A stretch of DNA of 64,000 bases from Raja brachyura (lineage: Eukaryota): contig OY740787.1 of NCBI GenBank assembly GCA_963514005.1, positions 22,382,001 to 22,446,000 of the forward strand, written 5' to 3'. Positions 61,741 through 64,000 of the stretch are shown piece after piece. Under the pieces are notes generated by a model that made no database searches, was not told the DNA's origin, and was given only the letters and a program-made list of their open reading frames with translations. The translations under genes were made by a program, and so were the position numbers. Position 1 is the first letter of the stretch. Each line of letters starts with the position of its first letter.

Positions 61741-62775
61741 TTAAAACAAGAAGTGTAATGATGGTGTCTGCGGGAGAGTTAGGTTGAGGTGGAAGAATAG
61801 TGGCAGCTAAACGTAATGCGGGTGAAAGAAAGCATTCCTGATAATGGATATGATTTGAAGTTAAAATATTATCGGTTGCACACCACACTGAGGTTTAGTA
61901 CGATTTTGGCCAGACTGTGCGGGCAGCCAAGTAAAGGAATGTCACAGATCAGGGACCAGAAGTAATGGTGTTTATCATTTCAGGAAAATGTGATCTGTGC
62001 TGAAATTTGTGTTGCAACAAAGATCGTATTTTATTCTGCAAATGGCTTGTTGTCTCAGATTCATCGAAGACATCATAATTAGAGCACTCGTGCCTGAATA
62101 CTCGGTGCTGTCGTATTTATATCCTTTACTAATATTTAAATATTACTGAATCTCTCCCTGTTATTACAAAATTTGTCGGAACAAAGCTTTTTTGTGCTCT
62201 AATGAGTAACACGCTTCACTAAATATTCCACAGTATATGTAAAAATGTAATCCTGAAACAGGCAGAAGAGATCTGGTGATGCTCCCGTACCAAACAGTCT
62301 TATAATCAAGAGGGTGGGGTACATTTCGCATCCAATTAATAGTATAAATAGCATAGAATATTTGAAAGTAAGAAGATAAGTTCAAACAGAATTCAGATGG
62401 TGTGCCATCCAATAAATATTTTTATTTTAAATCTGAATAAATTGCTGCCATTAAGAAAGGTTACACAGAGATTTTTCTTTGGGATGTGTATTTCCTCTGA
62501 ACATTTGTGTTTGAACATAATTAAAATTTCAACATTAATGCCAGGCTTCAATCTGATGCTCCCACCTCTGCTATTGAATAGTCTTGTTGGCTGTTTTCTG
62601 CTCTATGTATATAGTCACATGAGAGAACTGTTGAGGCCAGGAGTTGGCATCTCTGTTCTAGAGATGTCAACTCCTGTATTGTAGAAAGGAAGAAAGCAGA
62701 TTTAACTTACTTGGAAACAGTTTCATTTTTGAAAAATAAAAAAATAGACGTAGGGATAGCTCGTATGGTAGATCA

Positions 62776-62908
62776 GTCTGAAGAAGGGTCTTGACTGAAA
62801 ATGTCACCCATTCCTTCTCTCCAGAGATGCTGCCTGTCCCACTGAGTTACTCCAGTATTTTGTGTCCACCTTCGATTTAAACCAGCATCTGCAGTTCTTT
62901 CCTACACA
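62776..62908 (+). mobile_element. Solo Penelope pLTR-derived short repeat with 7-bp TSD
   Basis: gtctgaagaagggtcttgactg...cagcatctgcagttctttcctacac; TAGATCA at 62769-62775 and 62909-62915. Confidence 0.8.
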
Positions 62909-63339
62909 TAGATCATATGGATTCTTGCTCAACGAGATTCTGTCTGATCTGACTAAGTGGGCTCAATTCTACTTTTCTCCTAATTACACTTGGTTCCCAT
63001 GAGGTCTAAAAATCTATTGATGTTAGCTTCCAAAATTGTTCACCACCTCCCAATAGTGCATGCTGCTCTGCCGCCGTTCAAGTCCCTTCATCCTCCAGAT
63101 AATATGGTGGCTTCAATGTGTCCTGCATGGCAAAAACCATAAATACGCACTGGAATCACCTTTGTATTTGGTGATGTTGGTGCTGTTGAAGAGAACCAAG
63201 AACAACAACAAATGGCAGACTTTGCTATATCTCTGCCTGTCCTAATTTCTGAGGACTTTCTTGGCTTGATTAGTTCATGTTGGGACCGTGCTAGGCTGTG
63301 AATATATGAGCATGTTGAAGCTTTCCTGGTGAGTTGGAA

Positions 63340-63900
63340 GCTCCTAAGCCCAGCCCACTACCCTCCCGTTACCTCTGCCAACCCTTTTCCTATCCTTCTC
63401 TCCCTCACAAATTCCCAACCAAAGTGTATTCCCTGCTTGGTGCAGGCTGCATTTTGAAACAAAGTAAATTCCAAAGCAGTATAGTACCCAGTGCTTCAGT
63501 TCTGTAGCATAGAAAATTCTTAGATATTTCACATTTCTGGGAGAGGAAATTCCTCTTTGTTCCATTCTTAAATGGCTAGCCCCTTATCTGGAGTCTCTGC
63601 ATCCTGGTGCTAGACTTCCTTGCTCTGCTTGGAAGTTTCCTGTCAAGTCTCCTTGGAAGCTTGTATGTCCCTATTGCCTTTCAATCTTCAAACATCCTGT
63701 GAGTATAGGCTTAGTCCACTTCCCTCGTAGGACAACGTCCTCAACCAGAGAGTTAGATTAGTGAAAATTGCAGTCTCCAAATTACGTCTATTCTTAAATA
63801 AGAAGGCCAAATTGTACTCAGTTCTCATGGTACAGCCTTGCCAAAGTGAACTACAGCAAGATTTCAGTACTCTTGTATTTAATTTCTTCCAGTAATTCTC
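63340..63900 (-). mobile_element. Highly decayed CR1 fragment
   Basis: ttcttaaatggctagccccttatctggagtctctgcatcctggtgctagact parallels 59510-59560. Confidence 0.45.
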
Positions 63901-64000
63901 CTTTCCATTTATCATTTTAAACCCGAGTAAGGAGAAACATCAACCTTTTATCTATCTTGTCTAATCGTCCACAAAATTGGTATATTTCAATGAGATCATT

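Overview
Vertebrate genomic DNA, most likely a cartilaginous fish (skate/ray-type repeats: HE1-like V-SINEs, HER1/CR1 LINEs, Penelope-like elements; the taxon is an inference). The window holds most of ZEB2 (SIP1/ZFHX1B) on the + strand. Eight coding exons equivalent to human exons 3-10 span 9379-49011, all with GT-AG boundaries and compatible phases; exons 1-2 lie upstream of the window. The 3' UTR is packed with miR-200-family seed sites, several inside local hairpins. Introns carry a nearly intact 5'-truncated CR1 LINE, Penelope-like remnants, SINEs, a hAT MITE and a Helitron-like element. A CpG-rich promoter-like island lies near 56.9-57.2 kb. The most striking unannotated signals are RNA-catalytic. 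One is a 143-bp TSD-flanked retroposon whose 5' end is exactly G1 of a minimal CPEB3/HDV-like ribozyme (19990-20132, - strand). The other is a set of short Penelope-derived repeats with hammerhead cores, including a TSD-flanked 189-bp fold-back palindrome (26906-27094). Five N runs (118-257, 327-477, 11808-12037, 27143-27334, 49668-49799) cannot be read. Repeat boundaries are approximate and were determined by eye.
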